NCBI GenBank assembly: GCA_963677925.2
Contig: CAXXYH010000003.1
Coordinates: 2,016,001 to 2,080,000, forward strand
From: Spirochaetia bacterium
GTDB lineage: Bacteria; Spirochaetota; Spirochaetia; UBA9216
Length of the DNA stretch: 64,000 nt
Direction: 5' to 3'
The notes beneath the pieces are model-generated. The model saw nothing but the letters and a program-made list of their open reading frames with translations. It was not told the origin of the DNA and ran no database searches. The position numbers were made by a program, and so were the translations under genes. The stretch's first letter is position 1. Every line of letters starts with the position of its first letter. This document shows positions 18,911-28,687 of this stretch, one piece after another.

Positions 18911-21900
18911 TCAGGCTGATACAATTTCAACAGCATCACGCAGGTAGAAAAGCCTGCACTCAGCCGGTTTGGAGAAAATACTGCTGGCAGCCCGGACATA
19001 GAGCTGCATCTGGGTACTGTATTCCTCAGGCAGACAGTAGCGGTCGGTCTTGAAATCCACAACAATTACCCGGTCTGACAGTTCAATAACAAGGTCCATA
19101 ATTCCGTTTACAGTTATCTCCCGGCCCTCATTCTCAGCAAGCAGTGTAAAGGCAAGTTCCGACTCAATATTTAAAGCAGCCGCTGCGGCCTCCCATACAT
19201 CGGAGCCGAAGAAACCGTCGGATATACGGAGAGCCTCGGCATAGACTGTCGGCCAGTCTTTTTCATTAATTTCACCGAACTGCGGCTGAAGCTCAGTCGA
19301 AGTGTAATCGGCCTTCTTAATCCGGTACTCGATAATCCGGTGGCAAAGTGTTCCAAATGAGGCCTCAAGTCCCGATTCTGCAATAATTGACGAGGCGGGT
19401 TCACTAAGCTCTGAAAGCATTTTCTCTTCAGAATACGCTGTTTGACTCTTTAATTCAGCGTTCAGACCTGTTGCCGAATACTGATACTTCGGCCGGCTGA
19501 AATCAAGAGGTGACCGCTGCCTGTACTGACTGATAACCATTGCATCATCGGGTGCTTCAGAGGCTCCGGCCTCGGTTCTCTCAAACCATTTGCGATCCCT
19601 GATTTCCTCAACTGTGAAAAGATCCTGATCGGCATCAAAAACCGTCTCGGAGCTCATTCCGGCCGAGGCAAGAAATATATTAAGCATTGAGGCGGGAGAA
19701 TTCCTGTTCTGCCTGCCGTGACAGCCTGAAATAACAAGATGGTTCCCGGCCCTTGTGAGCGCAACATAGAAAAGCCTCCGAAGTTCTGCTTCCTCACGGG
19801 CCTTACGTTCAGTTTTTCCAAGGGTGTAGAAATAATTACAGCGGGAACGGCCCTTTCCTGAGGTATCGGGAGCAACAAGGTTGAATGACAGACCGTATTT
19901 TTCAGAAATGCAGGCAGGCATCGAACTTCCGGTATCATTCATACCTGTATTGCCGGAGTTGGCAATTATCACTATCGGAAACTCCAGCCCCTTTGACTGA
20001 TGAACCGGCATCATCCGCACACCGCCTGTGGAATATTTCAGAATATTGAGATCGTTAACCTTGCGGTATTCACCGAGATTCTCACGCAGATAATCAAGAA
20101 AGACTGCAGCAGTCTCGGAACGATCATCCGCCTGAGCAGCAAGGGTCCGCAGATAGTCAAAGTATTCCAGATAGCCGCTGTATTCCGGATTCGCAAGCAG
20201 GATGTATCTGTAACCCGACTTGAACCACAGTGCTGAGACTATATCTGCGAGCGGAACACGATCCAGGGATGATGATATTTCAGAATAAAGCGCGGCCGCC
20301 TTCCTGTACTTCAGAAGATCATCCCCGCTGCTGCAGAGGCTCTCATTCCCATCAGTAAAAACGGGATTTTCAGAAAGCATCAGGCTTATAAAGCTTTTAT
20401 CTGAAAGATTCATGAAGGGAGAGCGGATTACCGCAGCCGACGCTGCCCGATCCTGCGGGTAGAGGCAGATCTGCAGAAAGCTGTAGATATCGTTAACCGG
20501 AGCCTCCTGAAAGAGAGTTCTGGTTGAGTGAACATCGTATGGAATAGACATTGCCCTGAAAACTTTCTCGTAGGTTTTCTGGTTGGCTCCGGATCTGAAA
20601 AGTACAGCATAATCATGATAGGCAGCCTTTCTGAGCTCACCCTTTTCAGAGACATCCAGAACACCGACGGTCTTTTTTATATACTCGGCAATACTCCAGG
20701 CTTCTGCCTCATCGTGATGAACATCATCATCTTCGGGGCTCTGATTCCATGGTTTATACAGAAGCCGGATATCAGGAGCTTTATTCAGAGGCCCAAGTCC
20801 TGGTTCAAGTGCTTCGAAAGCAGCCTGATAGTCCTCGGAACTTTCGCTCATGGCATTGCTGAAAACATTGTTGAAAAACCCGATAAGGCCCGGATCGCTT
20901 CGATAGTTCCGTTTCAGAGATAGGGCCTGCCCTCCTGCTTCAGCCAGTTCGCTGCTCAGCTGTTTAAACACACTGACATCTGCTCCCCGGAACATGTAGA
21001 TTGACTGCTTTTCATCACCGACAAAGAAGAGTTTCCCCGGATCCAGATCAGCAGTCCCGGGGATCCCGTCGGCCTCCTGACCTTCTTTCTCTGCAAGCAG
21101 ATAGAGCAGATCCTTCTGAACACTGTTGTTATCCTGAAACTCATCTATCATGATGAATTTGAAAAGACTTTTATAGTAGCGGCGCAGATTCTTATCCTGC
21201 TTAAGGCCTTCTACCGCAATACTCTGAACATCCCCAAAGCTTAGAATCCCGCTGAGCCGTTTTTTTCTGAACAAATGGGTCTGAAATTCCTGAGTAAGGG
21301 CAAAAAGTTTCTCAATAAGCTCCCGGCTGTCCAGCATACCGGTAATTTCATTGACTATGGACAGGAGACTTCTTATTTCATCGACGTATTCCTTGAAACT
21401 TACGAACTCTTCCTTTTTTGAGGAGCCGCGCGGCTTTTCAGTTTTAACCGTGGCCAGATATTTAAGCAGACCCGGGTAATCAGCATTCGCGGTAAGCTCA
21501 GTAATAATCTCCATATCGGGAAGGCTGGCAGCAGCGGTTTTCATACTTTCTGTTACAGGCTCAAGGGCCGCGGCATTTGCAGTAAATTCAGAAAGCCTCC
21601 GGACGGCTGTTTTCAGATCGTTTTCGGCGGTATGCATCTGCTTCTGAAAGATATCGGAAAAATCCAGCGGATTTCCGATTGAAAAACATGCCGAAGAAAG
21701 CCATTCAAAATATTCATGCCATACCTTTTCAAATCCGTTGATATAGATGAACTCCGCAAGGGCCTTGTCATCATTGTGACTCAGAATAAACTCAAGCCCT
21801 GCGGCCCCGGACAGTTCGGAAGCAAGGCCCTCATCGGTCACAAAGCCAGGTGCAATCCCGAACATGCCGCAGCAGTCGCGTGCAATACGCGAGCAGAAGC

Positions 21901-22186
21901 TGTCCAGCGTTGATATAACGGCCTTGTCAAATGAAGCGGCGGCATCGGCCACTCTTTGGTTCGAACGGTCAGAAGACATGAGCCTGTATATTCTTTCATA
22001 CATTTCAGCCGCAGCCTTGCGGGTAAAAGTCAGTGTAAGAATCTCCGAAACATCTGCACGGCCTTCGGCCACAAGCCGCAGGAAGCGCAGGGCAAGAACT
22101 GTTGTCTTGCCCGATCCGGCGCCCGCAGAGACTACCGAGTTAGTATTGGAATCTATTACAGCCTGCTGGTAAATATCGGGTTTCAT
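18911..22186 (-). CDS. AddA/UvrD-like ATP-dependent helicase-nuclease
   Basis: AGAGSGKT, TFTRKAA, IDEFQD, VGDEKQSIYMFRGAD, HQSKGLEF and YVALTRA; C-terminal GIMD..VVDFKT nuclease motif. Confidence 0.9.
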   Translation of the reverse strand: MKPDIYQQAVIDSNTNSVVSAGAGSGKTTVLALRFLRLVAEGRADVSEILTLTFTRKAAAEMYERIYRLMSSDRSNQRVADAAASFDKAVISTLDSFCSRIARDCCGMFGIAPGFVTDEGLASELSGAAGLEFILSHNDDKALAEFIYINGFEKVWHEYFEWLSSACFSIGNPLDFSDIFQKQMHTAENDLKTAVRRLSEFTANAAALEPVTESMKTAAASLPDMEIITELTANADYPGLLKYLATVKTEKPRGSSKKEEFVSFKEYVDEIRSLLSIVNEITGMLDSRELIEKLFALTQEFQTHLFRKKRLSGILSFGDVQSIAVEGLKQDKNLRRYYKSLFKFIMIDEFQDNNSVQKDLLYLLAEKEGQEADGIPGTADLDPGKLFFVGDEKQSIYMFRGADVSVFKQLSSELAEAGGQALSLKRNYRSDPGLIGFFNNVFSNAMSESSEDYQAAFEALEPGLGPLNKAPDIRLLYKPWNQSPEDDDVHHDEAEAWSIAEYIKKTVGVLDVSEKGELRKAAYHDYAVLFRSGANQKTYEKVFRAMSIPYDVHSTRTLFQEAPVNDIYSFLQICLYPQDRAASAAVIRSPFMNLSDKSFISLMLSENPVFTDGNESLCSSGDDLLKYRKAAALYSEISSSLDRVPLADIVSALWFKSGYRYILLANPEYSGYLEYFDYLRTLAAQADDRSETAAVFLDYLRENLGEYRKVNDLNILKYSTGGVRMMPVHQSKGLEFPIVIIANSGNTGMNDTGSSMPACISEKYGLSFNLVAPDTSGKGRSRCNYFYTLGKTERKAREEAELRRLFYVALTRAGNHLVISGCHGRQNRNSPASMLNIFLASAGMSSETVFDADQDLFTVEEIRDRKWFERTEAGASEAPDDAMVISQYRQRSPLDFSRPKYQYSATGLNAELKSQTAYSEEKMLSELSEPASSIIAESGLEASFGTLCHRIIEYRIKKADYTSTELQPQFGEINEKDWPTVYAEALRISDGFFGSDVWEAAAAALNIESELAFTLLAENEGREITVNGIMDLVIELSDRVIVVDFKTDRYCLPEEYSTQMQLYVRAASSIFSKPAECRLFYLRDAVEIVSA

Positions 22187-24924
22187 TATTTTCGGCCTCC
22201 AAACCTGACTGCGTATTTGCGGCGGCAGACGGGGTAAAAATCACAGCCGCTGCAGCGTTCGGGAGCGGTGAATATTCCTTCTCTTACCGATTTTCCCATC
22301 CTGATAATTTCATTCATCGTCAGGCGGCAGAGCGCTTCAGCCTGTTCTGCATCCAGAATTCCGGCCTCACCGGATACCTGAAAATGCTCGGCAGAGGTCA
22401 CGCTGTAATAGGATGTTGAATCAACCTCAAAACCGGCCTGCCTGGCAAGGATGATATAAAATGGAATCTGGTATCCGATAGGCGGCTTCATCAGCGCTCC
22501 CGACTCATCAAGGCTGAAATAGTCTGCAGTCTTCTTCTTTTTCCAGTTCCGCTTGTAGTCAATAACAGCAGCCCTGCCGGCTTTTACAGAGATCCTGTCA
22601 GTACGGCCTGCGGCCTTTATATTCTCACCGGGAATTTCGTACTCAAGCCAGTCTTCAATCAGCGCAGGAGTATAGCCGTCATAGAGGGCACCCTCCGCTT
22701 CAGGCATCCGTGACATGTATTCAAGAGCCCTTCTGCAGGCGGTATCCCAGGCAGGACCGAAGAAGTAATTCGCCCTTTTCTCCCAGTCCTCAAAAACAGT
22801 CCTGGCGGAGGTCCTTATCAATTCACGGTATTCATCCCGTTTTTCAACAGAAAAAGCCTGTCCCGATTCTTTAAGAAGAGTAAAGAAATGCCCCAGGATT
22901 TCATGAAGAAGCTCACCGTCGGTAAAGGGGTCTTCAACCTGCAGGACATACTCATCCGCACGGACCCCGAGTAAATCAGCCAGCAGATAACTGTAGGGAC
23001 AGTTTGTCCAGCGGTTGAGTGTTGTGGCCGATATTTTCAGATTCAGATCTTCACCGTAACGCCTTGCTATACAGGCTCCGGCAAGATCGGAATCCTGCAG
23101 AGGGGTGAAGGTAAAATCATCGGAAGCCGGAAGCAGCCCTGTTGCCGCCGAGTAATCAAAGCCGTCAGCCTGTGACTTCATAAGCGGCCAGTCGACTCCG
23201 AAATCTCCGTACCACCAGGATGTTTCAAGCTGTTCCGGGTCTGAAAAAACAGTACCGGCCTCCCCCTGCGCTCCGGAATCTTCGGAAAAAGCAATCCGGT
23301 CAACTGAACCGGCTGAAATAAAATATGCCGGGGCCAGGGCTACACCTGAGAAGGTCTCAGCCGCTCCGGAAATTACCGGACTATCTCCGCTTTTTGAATA
23401 AATCCGCAGGAAGGCTTCAGTCATATTATTTTCCTGAAGCTTCAGTCCCCTTCTTATCTGATCACCGAGGAAGGGCAACGGAACAGACACTACAGCAGAG
23501 TTCTCATGATTGAGTCCTGCAATAAAGTGATATTTCGGCCTTATACCCGCGGAAACCCTGTACCTGTACAGCGGAATGGCTTCTGCATCAGCCTGACTTA
23601 CATAAATCTTTTCCTTCAAAACCTCAATCCACAGTCCAAGCGGATCCCTGATGCTGATTCCCTCAAGGGCGTTTTCGGCATCCTGGAGTGAGGAGAGGAC
23701 CTCTCTTGTTCTCTGAAAAACCTTCAGGGTTTCAGGGTCCCAGAGCTCTTCATCGGTTTCAAGAAAGGTGCTGATGAATATCTGCATCTCGTCGCTGAGT
23801 TTTTTCAGGCTGCCGGCTTTTACAACTGCTGTAATTCTCTTTTTAAGTTTGAGGTAAAAATCCTTCAGCTCCCACCGCTTCATATTGCTCAGCCGCTGCT
23901 CCCAGACATCGCCATTACTTCCGGGACCGAAGTTGCGCAGACAGCGGTTCTCAATTCCGAAGCGGATAAGAGCGTCTGCAGTTTCTTTTTCCTTCCAGAG
24001 AAAGGCCCGGAACAGCAGAAGCACCTTCATTGATGCTATATCAAAGCTTCCTGAATAGCAGGACCGGATAAGTTCGGGAAGACGGCCGCCGGGCAGCTCA
24101 CCTACCGGTGTACCGCTTCTTACACTCAGCGGAATCCCGTAACGTCCGGCCTTGGAAACCATGTAAGCGGCAAGCGCCTCATCCGGACATGTCACCGCTA
24201 TGTCCTGATAGCGCAGCCCCTGCTGCAGCAGACCCGAAATACCGGCAAGAACTTCATCGCCTTCAATTGCCGAGTTGTCATAAAAACGGTAGCGGCAGTC
24301 CGCAGCCCCTGAGTCAGAAACAAAGCTGCAGCCGGAGGCGGCCAGAACGCTCCGGTATTCTTCAAAGTCTTCGATAAGTTCGGGGAATACTATGTAGTAT
24401 TTTTTATCCGGAGTGCTGATATCCGGCATCTCCCAGCCGGGCTCAAAGAGGCTGTTTTTCTCAAGAACAGAAGAATATTCCTCGTACAGTCTCATATAAT
24501 CATCCGACAGACCGTCACCGGCGGCTTCGCGGAACAGAGCCTCATTCGCATTGAAGGCATCAGCAAAACGCTTAAGTCCCGGAAGAACCCTGACAAGCTG
24601 ATCGGCAAAACCGGAAGCAACTTCGTCAAAACCCGAGGGGAGTATATATCTGTATACCGGAGCCTGTGAAATATTTCGTGCAAGCAGGTCTGCACAGAAA
24701 AGCTTGCGGTGAATTGAGTTTACCGGTCTCTCAATTCTGTCATGCAGGGTCACCGATTCCTTAAAACTGTCCCATGATAAAAACACATCGTTGCGTACAG
24801 CATCAGTCTGAAGGAGTTTCAGAGCCTTTATCCTCCAGCTGACTACAGCAGCCTCTGAAGGAAAAACATAAACAGCCCCGCCGGCTATACCTTCGCGAAT
24901 CAGCAATTCCTCGATTTTTTTCAT
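22186..24924 (-). CDS. AddB-like PD-(D/E)XK nuclease subunit
   Basis: Degenerate helicase-like N-terminus; GRTDRI..VIDYK; iron-staple Cys pattern (CPYSY ... CSGCDFYPVC); TAATG coupling to addA. Confidence 0.8.
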   Translation of the reverse strand: MKKIEELLIREGIAGGAVYVFPSEAAVVSWRIKALKLLQTDAVRNDVFLSWDSFKESVTLHDRIERPVNSIHRKLFCADLLARNISQAPVYRYILPSGFDEVASGFADQLVRVLPGLKRFADAFNANEALFREAAGDGLSDDYMRLYEEYSSVLEKNSLFEPGWEMPDISTPDKKYYIVFPELIEDFEEYRSVLAASGCSFVSDSGAADCRYRFYDNSAIEGDEVLAGISGLLQQGLRYQDIAVTCPDEALAAYMVSKAGRYGIPLSVRSGTPVGELPGGRLPELIRSCYSGSFDIASMKVLLLFRAFLWKEKETADALIRFGIENRCLRNFGPGSNGDVWEQRLSNMKRWELKDFYLKLKKRITAVVKAGSLKKLSDEMQIFISTFLETDEELWDPETLKVFQRTREVLSSLQDAENALEGISIRDPLGLWIEVLKEKIYVSQADAEAIPLYRYRVSAGIRPKYHFIAGLNHENSAVVSVPLPFLGDQIRRGLKLQENNMTEAFLRIYSKSGDSPVISGAAETFSGVALAPAYFISAGSVDRIAFSEDSGAQGEAGTVFSDPEQLETSWWYGDFGVDWPLMKSQADGFDYSAATGLLPASDDFTFTPLQDSDLAGACIARRYGEDLNLKISATTLNRWTNCPYSYLLADLLGVRADEYVLQVEDPFTDGELLHEILGHFFTLLKESGQAFSVEKRDEYRELIRTSARTVFEDWEKRANYFFGPAWDTACRRALEYMSRMPEAEGALYDGYTPALIEDWLEYEIPGENIKAAGRTDRISVKAGRAAVIDYKRNWKKKKTADYFSLDESGALMKPPIGYQIPFYIILARQAGFEVDSTSYYSVTSAEHFQVSGEAGILDAEQAEALCRLTMNEIIRMGKSVREGIFTAPERCSGCDFYPVCRRKYAVRFGGRK

Positions 24925-24981
24925 TGCAACATTCTAACATAAAACAGGTTCTTGACTATACTATTGATTATCGTTTTAATA

Positions 24982-25917
24982 ATGAAGATGCGTATCCCCA
25001 ACAGTACTATCACATTTTGCGTTAAGGCGTTATCGCAGTCCATGGACAACAGGACTATGTCAACGCTGACAAGAAGATTAATCCCGGGTTATGATCTTCA
25101 CCAGAGAACCGGAATCCCTTCAAGCGTTGCCATACCGAACCAGAACGCGGCACGCCAGGTTGTAAAAGATATAATTGCCTGCAATCTCTTTCTTGATTTC
25201 GTCCTTCTTCTTATAAATTTCAGTGACCAGGGAAAGGGCATTGCCGGCAGGAAAATCGCCATACCCTATCTCAGGCAGATACTCAACTCCGTATACCAGC
25301 TTGGATACATCTATGATCCCAGCAGCAGAATGTTCCTGGAAAACCCCGCGGTTAGAAAAACCAGAAACTGGGGAACACTGAAAAACAATGTAGAGTATAC
25401 GATTGCATTTCTGCGGATAGATATTGCCGGAAATACAAAGCTTGTTAGAAAGCACGGCGCCGATCAGATCAGGGAATCCTACCGGACGCTCCGCGGAATT
25501 GTAACCCGTGCTGTTGATAAAAGAAACGGCCGTGTCTGGGGATGGGACGGAGACGGCGGACTGGCCGCCTTCTGTTTCGGCAATATGAATGAAACGGCAG
25601 TACTGGCCGCACTTGAAGTAATCCATGAACTTTTTCTTTATAATCACACCGACTGCCCGGTAGACGACGGTATACATGTCAGAATAGCTGTGCACAGCGG
25701 CCCCTTTGAATACACATCCGGCAGTGAAGAGATCCAGCAGGCCGAAACGGTTAAAAAAGTTAATTCCATCGAAAAAAATCAGGCAGAAACAGACTCTGTT
25801 ACAACCAGCCAGGCTGTCAACGTAATGCTTGAACCGCTTACAGCCAGGCAGTTCGACAGCTTCAAGGCCAAGGATAACAGGGTCTATTACCGCTACAAAC
25901 TGGAGTTAGCAGACTGA
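24982..25917 (+). CDS. Class III nucleotidyl cyclase-like protein A (retains metal-binding Asp residues)
   Basis: FLRIDIAGNT, WDGDGG and RIAVHSG motifs, with an unknown helical N-terminal domain. Start is 24982 or 24988; the TTG at 24952 is more likely part of a -35 box. Confidence 0.75.
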   Translation: MKMRIPNSTITFCVKALSQSMDNRTMSTLTRRLIPGYDLHQRTGIPSSVAIPNQNAARQVVKDIIACNLFLDFVLLLINFSDQGKGIAGRKIAIPYLRQILNSVYQLGYIYDPSSRMFLENPAVRKTRNWGTLKNNVEYTIAFLRIDIAGNTKLVRKHGADQIRESYRTLRGIVTRAVDKRNGRVWGWDGDGGLAAFCFGNMNETAVLAALEVIHELFLYNHTDCPVDDGIHVRIAVHSGPFEYTSGSEEIQQAETVKKVNSIEKNQAETDSVTTSQAVNVMLEPLTARQFDSFKAKDNRVYYRYKLELAD

Positions 25918-26912
25918 TGCCGGAAATCATTATTTTTTCAGATATACGCGGGAAACTCAAATGTTTTGAGAGCTTTGAAAAGAAAAAGGATTATACTCTT
26001 ACCTACTGCATGCTTAATGAGATGCGTAAAATACTGAAGGCTCCATCATCAGATAATGTATATGTATATGATTACGCATCCGGGAGCGATACATCGGCGC
26101 TAAAGGATCTGAAATACATTCTTAAAAAAGAAGGTTTTCCCCTGCTGGTAGTAGACCGGAAAAACCAGATTGAAGATCCTGCCGGAATCATCTTCAAAGG
26201 TTTTGATTACATCAGTTCAGGCATGTACCGCAGCGGATATAAACCTGCAAGACTTAAACAGTATCTTGAGTTCAGGGCACAGGACCCGGAATTTGTAGAC
26301 AAGGAACCCTCACCGGCTCCGCAGGGCTGTTCAGAGCCTTCATACAGCGGTGTCGACTGGAAAAACATTAGAAGCGGCCGGGAATACACCTTCTTCATGC
26401 TGTATACCGAAATAAGAATAACCGCCGAGATGAAAAAGAAATCAGGAGCCGAATTTCTCACCAGAATGATTCAGGTCTTCCAGACTACAGTTGAGCGAAC
26501 CGTAACAGACTATGGAGGAAGGATATGGATCTGGAACGATTACGGCGGTCTTGCCCTCTTCCCCTATAACGGGGACACAACCGCACCTGTACTGGCTGCT
26601 GTCAAGCTTTTCATAAACAGGTTTACACTGAGTATTGAAGAGTTCGGGATGCATGATGCTGTGAGTTTCAGAGCGGCTATGCATCTTGGTAAGACCACTT
26701 ATAAAAGCCGCGGGAAAACAGGAACAATAATTTCGGATTCAATAAACTCTATTTACCATCTCGGAGCAAAATATACGGAGCCTGATCACTTCACCATTAC
26801 AGAGGAAGTTTACTCCGTGCTTACAAATAGAATGGCTGCTCTTTTCAGGAAAAACGGCGAATTTGAAGACCGGAGGATCTATCTTTTCAGGGACTTTAAA
26901 AGACCCTGCTGA
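25917..26912 (+). CDS. Class III nucleotidyl cyclase-like protein B (metal ligands degenerate, Asn retained)
   Basis: YGGRIWIWNDYGG, RAAMHLG and IISDSINSIYHL motifs; receiver-like N-terminus; TGATG overlap with the upstream gene. Confidence 0.7.
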   Translation: MPEIIIFSDIRGKLKCFESFEKKKDYTLTYCMLNEMRKILKAPSSDNVYVYDYASGSDTSALKDLKYILKKEGFPLLVVDRKNQIEDPAGIIFKGFDYISSGMYRSGYKPARLKQYLEFRAQDPEFVDKEPSPAPQGCSEPSYSGVDWKNIRSGREYTFFMLYTEIRITAEMKKKSGAEFLTRMIQVFQTTVERTVTDYGGRIWIWNDYGGLALFPYNGDTTAPVLAAVKLFINRFTLSIEEFGMHDAVSFRAAMHLGKTTYKSRGKTGTIISDSINSIYHLGAKYTEPDHFTITEEVYSVLTNRMAALFRKNGEFEDRRIYLFRDFKRPC

Positions 26913-26921
26913 CAGACTGTA

Positions 26922-26950
26922 TTGACAGCAGAAAGATGTTCTGGTATATT
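26922..26950 (+). promoter_or_regulatory. Sigma-70 promoter of tRNA-Ala
   Basis: TTGACA-N17-TATATT with an extended TG. Confidence 0.75.
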
Positions 26951-26961
26951 TCCGAACAGTC

Positions 26962-27035
26962 GGGGGTGTAGCTCAGTTGGCTAGAGCGCGTGAATGGCAT
27001 TCACGAGGTCAGGGGTTCGATTCCCCTCACCTCCA
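26962..27035 (+). tRNA. tRNA-Ala (anticodon GGC), CCA not encoded
   Basis: Acceptor stem GGGGGTG/CACCTCC with G3:U70, TAGCTCAGTTGG D-arm, CGTGA-ATGGCAT-TCACG anticodon arm, GGTTCGATTCC T-arm. Confidence 0.97.
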
Positions 27036-27044
27036 GTACAAAAA

Positions 27045-28685
27045 ATGGATATCGAAAATGATAAAAACGATAATCTTTTCTCCGGAGAGATGGACCCTGA
27101 CATAGCCGATTTAATGGGCTTTGACAACAATGAGGGTCCTTCTTTTGATCTGCTTTTTGAGGAAGGCACAGGCAATGAGCTGCCGCCCGAAGAACCGGGA
27201 TTCTCAAGCACCGAATTTGAAAAAATAACAAAATTTCTTGAAGATACTCCAAGCCAGATTTTCCGTAATAAGGAATACTATAAACAGGCACTTTCCGGCG
27301 AGGGTGATGAGGCTCAGCGCTTTCATAAAAACCTTACCGAATATATGAATACGGAAAACCCGAAAGACCGCTCAATGATCAGGGGCAAACTGATTTCCGC
27401 CTACTGGGATCTTGCTGAAAGCATAGCGAAGAAGATTCATGCCGGCCTGCCTGATCCGAAAAGATTTACATTGAGATACGGTTCTGTGCTTCCTAATATA
27501 ATTTCAGCCGAAACCAGAGACCTTCTTGCCAAAGTTATAGTTGAAAACAGTACACCCGAACCGGTCCACTACCTGGATGAATGGCTGTATAAAATATCCA
27601 CCGGTGCAGTAAACGCCTCCATTACCGATGAGGTCAAAACCACTAAACTGAAAAGCTCTGAAAACCTGAAGCCGCAGATTGACAAACTGCAGGGCCAGAG
27701 CCGCTCTATAATGGGTATTATTAAACGGAAACAGGAAATTCTCGCCGACAATGAGAACCTTCTGCTTGAAAAAATAAAGCTTGCCAGCGGCAAAGAAAGA
27801 AATCTCAATTACCCGGACCTTTACACCACATATAATTCAGAACAGAGGCGTGCTCATTACGATATCAGCCAGATTCTGAAATATCTGCAGAAACAGGACA
27901 AGGAAATTTCAGGGCTGTTTTTCGATCTTGAAAAAAACGACAAACTGCTTAAATCTCTTGAAGAAAAGGCTGAACGCCTCGGTGAGGTAATGCATGTCGA
28001 CACCTCGATAATAATCAAGGAGTTCGGTTCCATCAGGCAGATGGCCAAGATGTGTGTCGGACGGCAGGGCAATCATATTCCAATTCTGATGAAGCAGTAT
28101 TTCAATGCCGATCAGTATAACCTTGGAACAAGGGAAAACGTAATATGTGAACTATCCAAGGTTGAAACACTCGATCCGGGTCTGTTTATGCGAACCTTCA
28201 AACGCGAAACAACCAGAATTGTTCCCTATATCATCCTGATACCATGCTACGGCGAAAGAGGAATATGCTGGGAGCCCTTTGAAAAATACAACAGGGCGAC
28301 AAGCCGCGGAAGAATTGCAATTCCAATGTACTCAAAAGATCTAAACACAGCTATTATTGCCGCCATGGCAGACCTTAGATGGCAGGTGGCCAAAGAGAAG
28401 GCCCAGCACTACTGGATGGAAGAAGGCCTGACCGGTCATTATTACCAGTGGTTCTCTGAAAAACGTATGAAAGGTGATGTCCGGGAACGCTTCATCAACG
28501 ATTACATACTCTGGATAACCAAGGAAAGTGAAGGAACCCAGAAACTTGAGCGAGAGGTCAGGGGCATATTCTGGAGAGACATGCCCTTTCCCGATGAGAT
28601 TAGAGACAAATTGAAAAACCGGGGATTCGTCTACAACGAGCTCTATAAAAAAGACATCAACCGTTCAATGTCGGACGGATATTAA
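27045..28685 (+). CDS. Hypothetical protein with coiled coil and aromatic-rich C-terminal domain
   Basis: Long ORF. Start moved to the first ATG after the tRNA. Acidic N-terminus, coiled-coil middle, Trp/Tyr-rich C-terminus. Confidence 0.8.
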   Translation: MDIENDKNDNLFSGEMDPDIADLMGFDNNEGPSFDLLFEEGTGNELPPEEPGFSSTEFEKITKFLEDTPSQIFRNKEYYKQALSGEGDEAQRFHKNLTEYMNTENPKDRSMIRGKLISAYWDLAESIAKKIHAGLPDPKRFTLRYGSVLPNIISAETRDLLAKVIVENSTPEPVHYLDEWLYKISTGAVNASITDEVKTTKLKSSENLKPQIDKLQGQSRSIMGIIKRKQEILADNENLLLEKIKLASGKERNLNYPDLYTTYNSEQRRAHYDISQILKYLQKQDKEISGLFFDLEKNDKLLKSLEEKAERLGEVMHVDTSIIIKEFGSIRQMAKMCVGRQGNHIPILMKQYFNADQYNLGTRENVICELSKVETLDPGLFMRTFKRETTRIVPYIILIPCYGERGICWEPFEKYNRATSRGRIAIPMYSKDLNTAIIAAMADLRWQVAKEKAQHYWMEEGLTGHYYQWFSEKRMKGDVRERFINDYILWITKESEGTQKLEREVRGIFWRDMPFPDEIRDKLKNRGFVYNELYKKDINRSMSDGY

Positions 28686-28687
28686 GC

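Noticed and set aside
22186-23050. Cas4-like nuclease / CRISPR system
   Set aside because: The 4-Cys PD-(D/E)XK domain is the C-terminus of an AddB-like protein coupled to AddA; no cas genes or repeat-spacer array seen.
24982-26912. Pycsar or other cyclase-based anti-phage system
   Set aside because: No adjacent cNMP-TIR or TM effector and no defence-island context; neither cyclase has a complete catalytic set on its own.
26962-27035. tRNA as an integration site of a genomic island
   Set aside because: No integrase, no duplicated tRNA 3' end noticed, and the flanking genes look like core genes.
26994-27044. ORF-track start (MAFTRSGVRFPSPP) of the 563-aa ORF
   Set aside because: It is a translation of the tRNA-Ala sequence; the start was moved to 27045.
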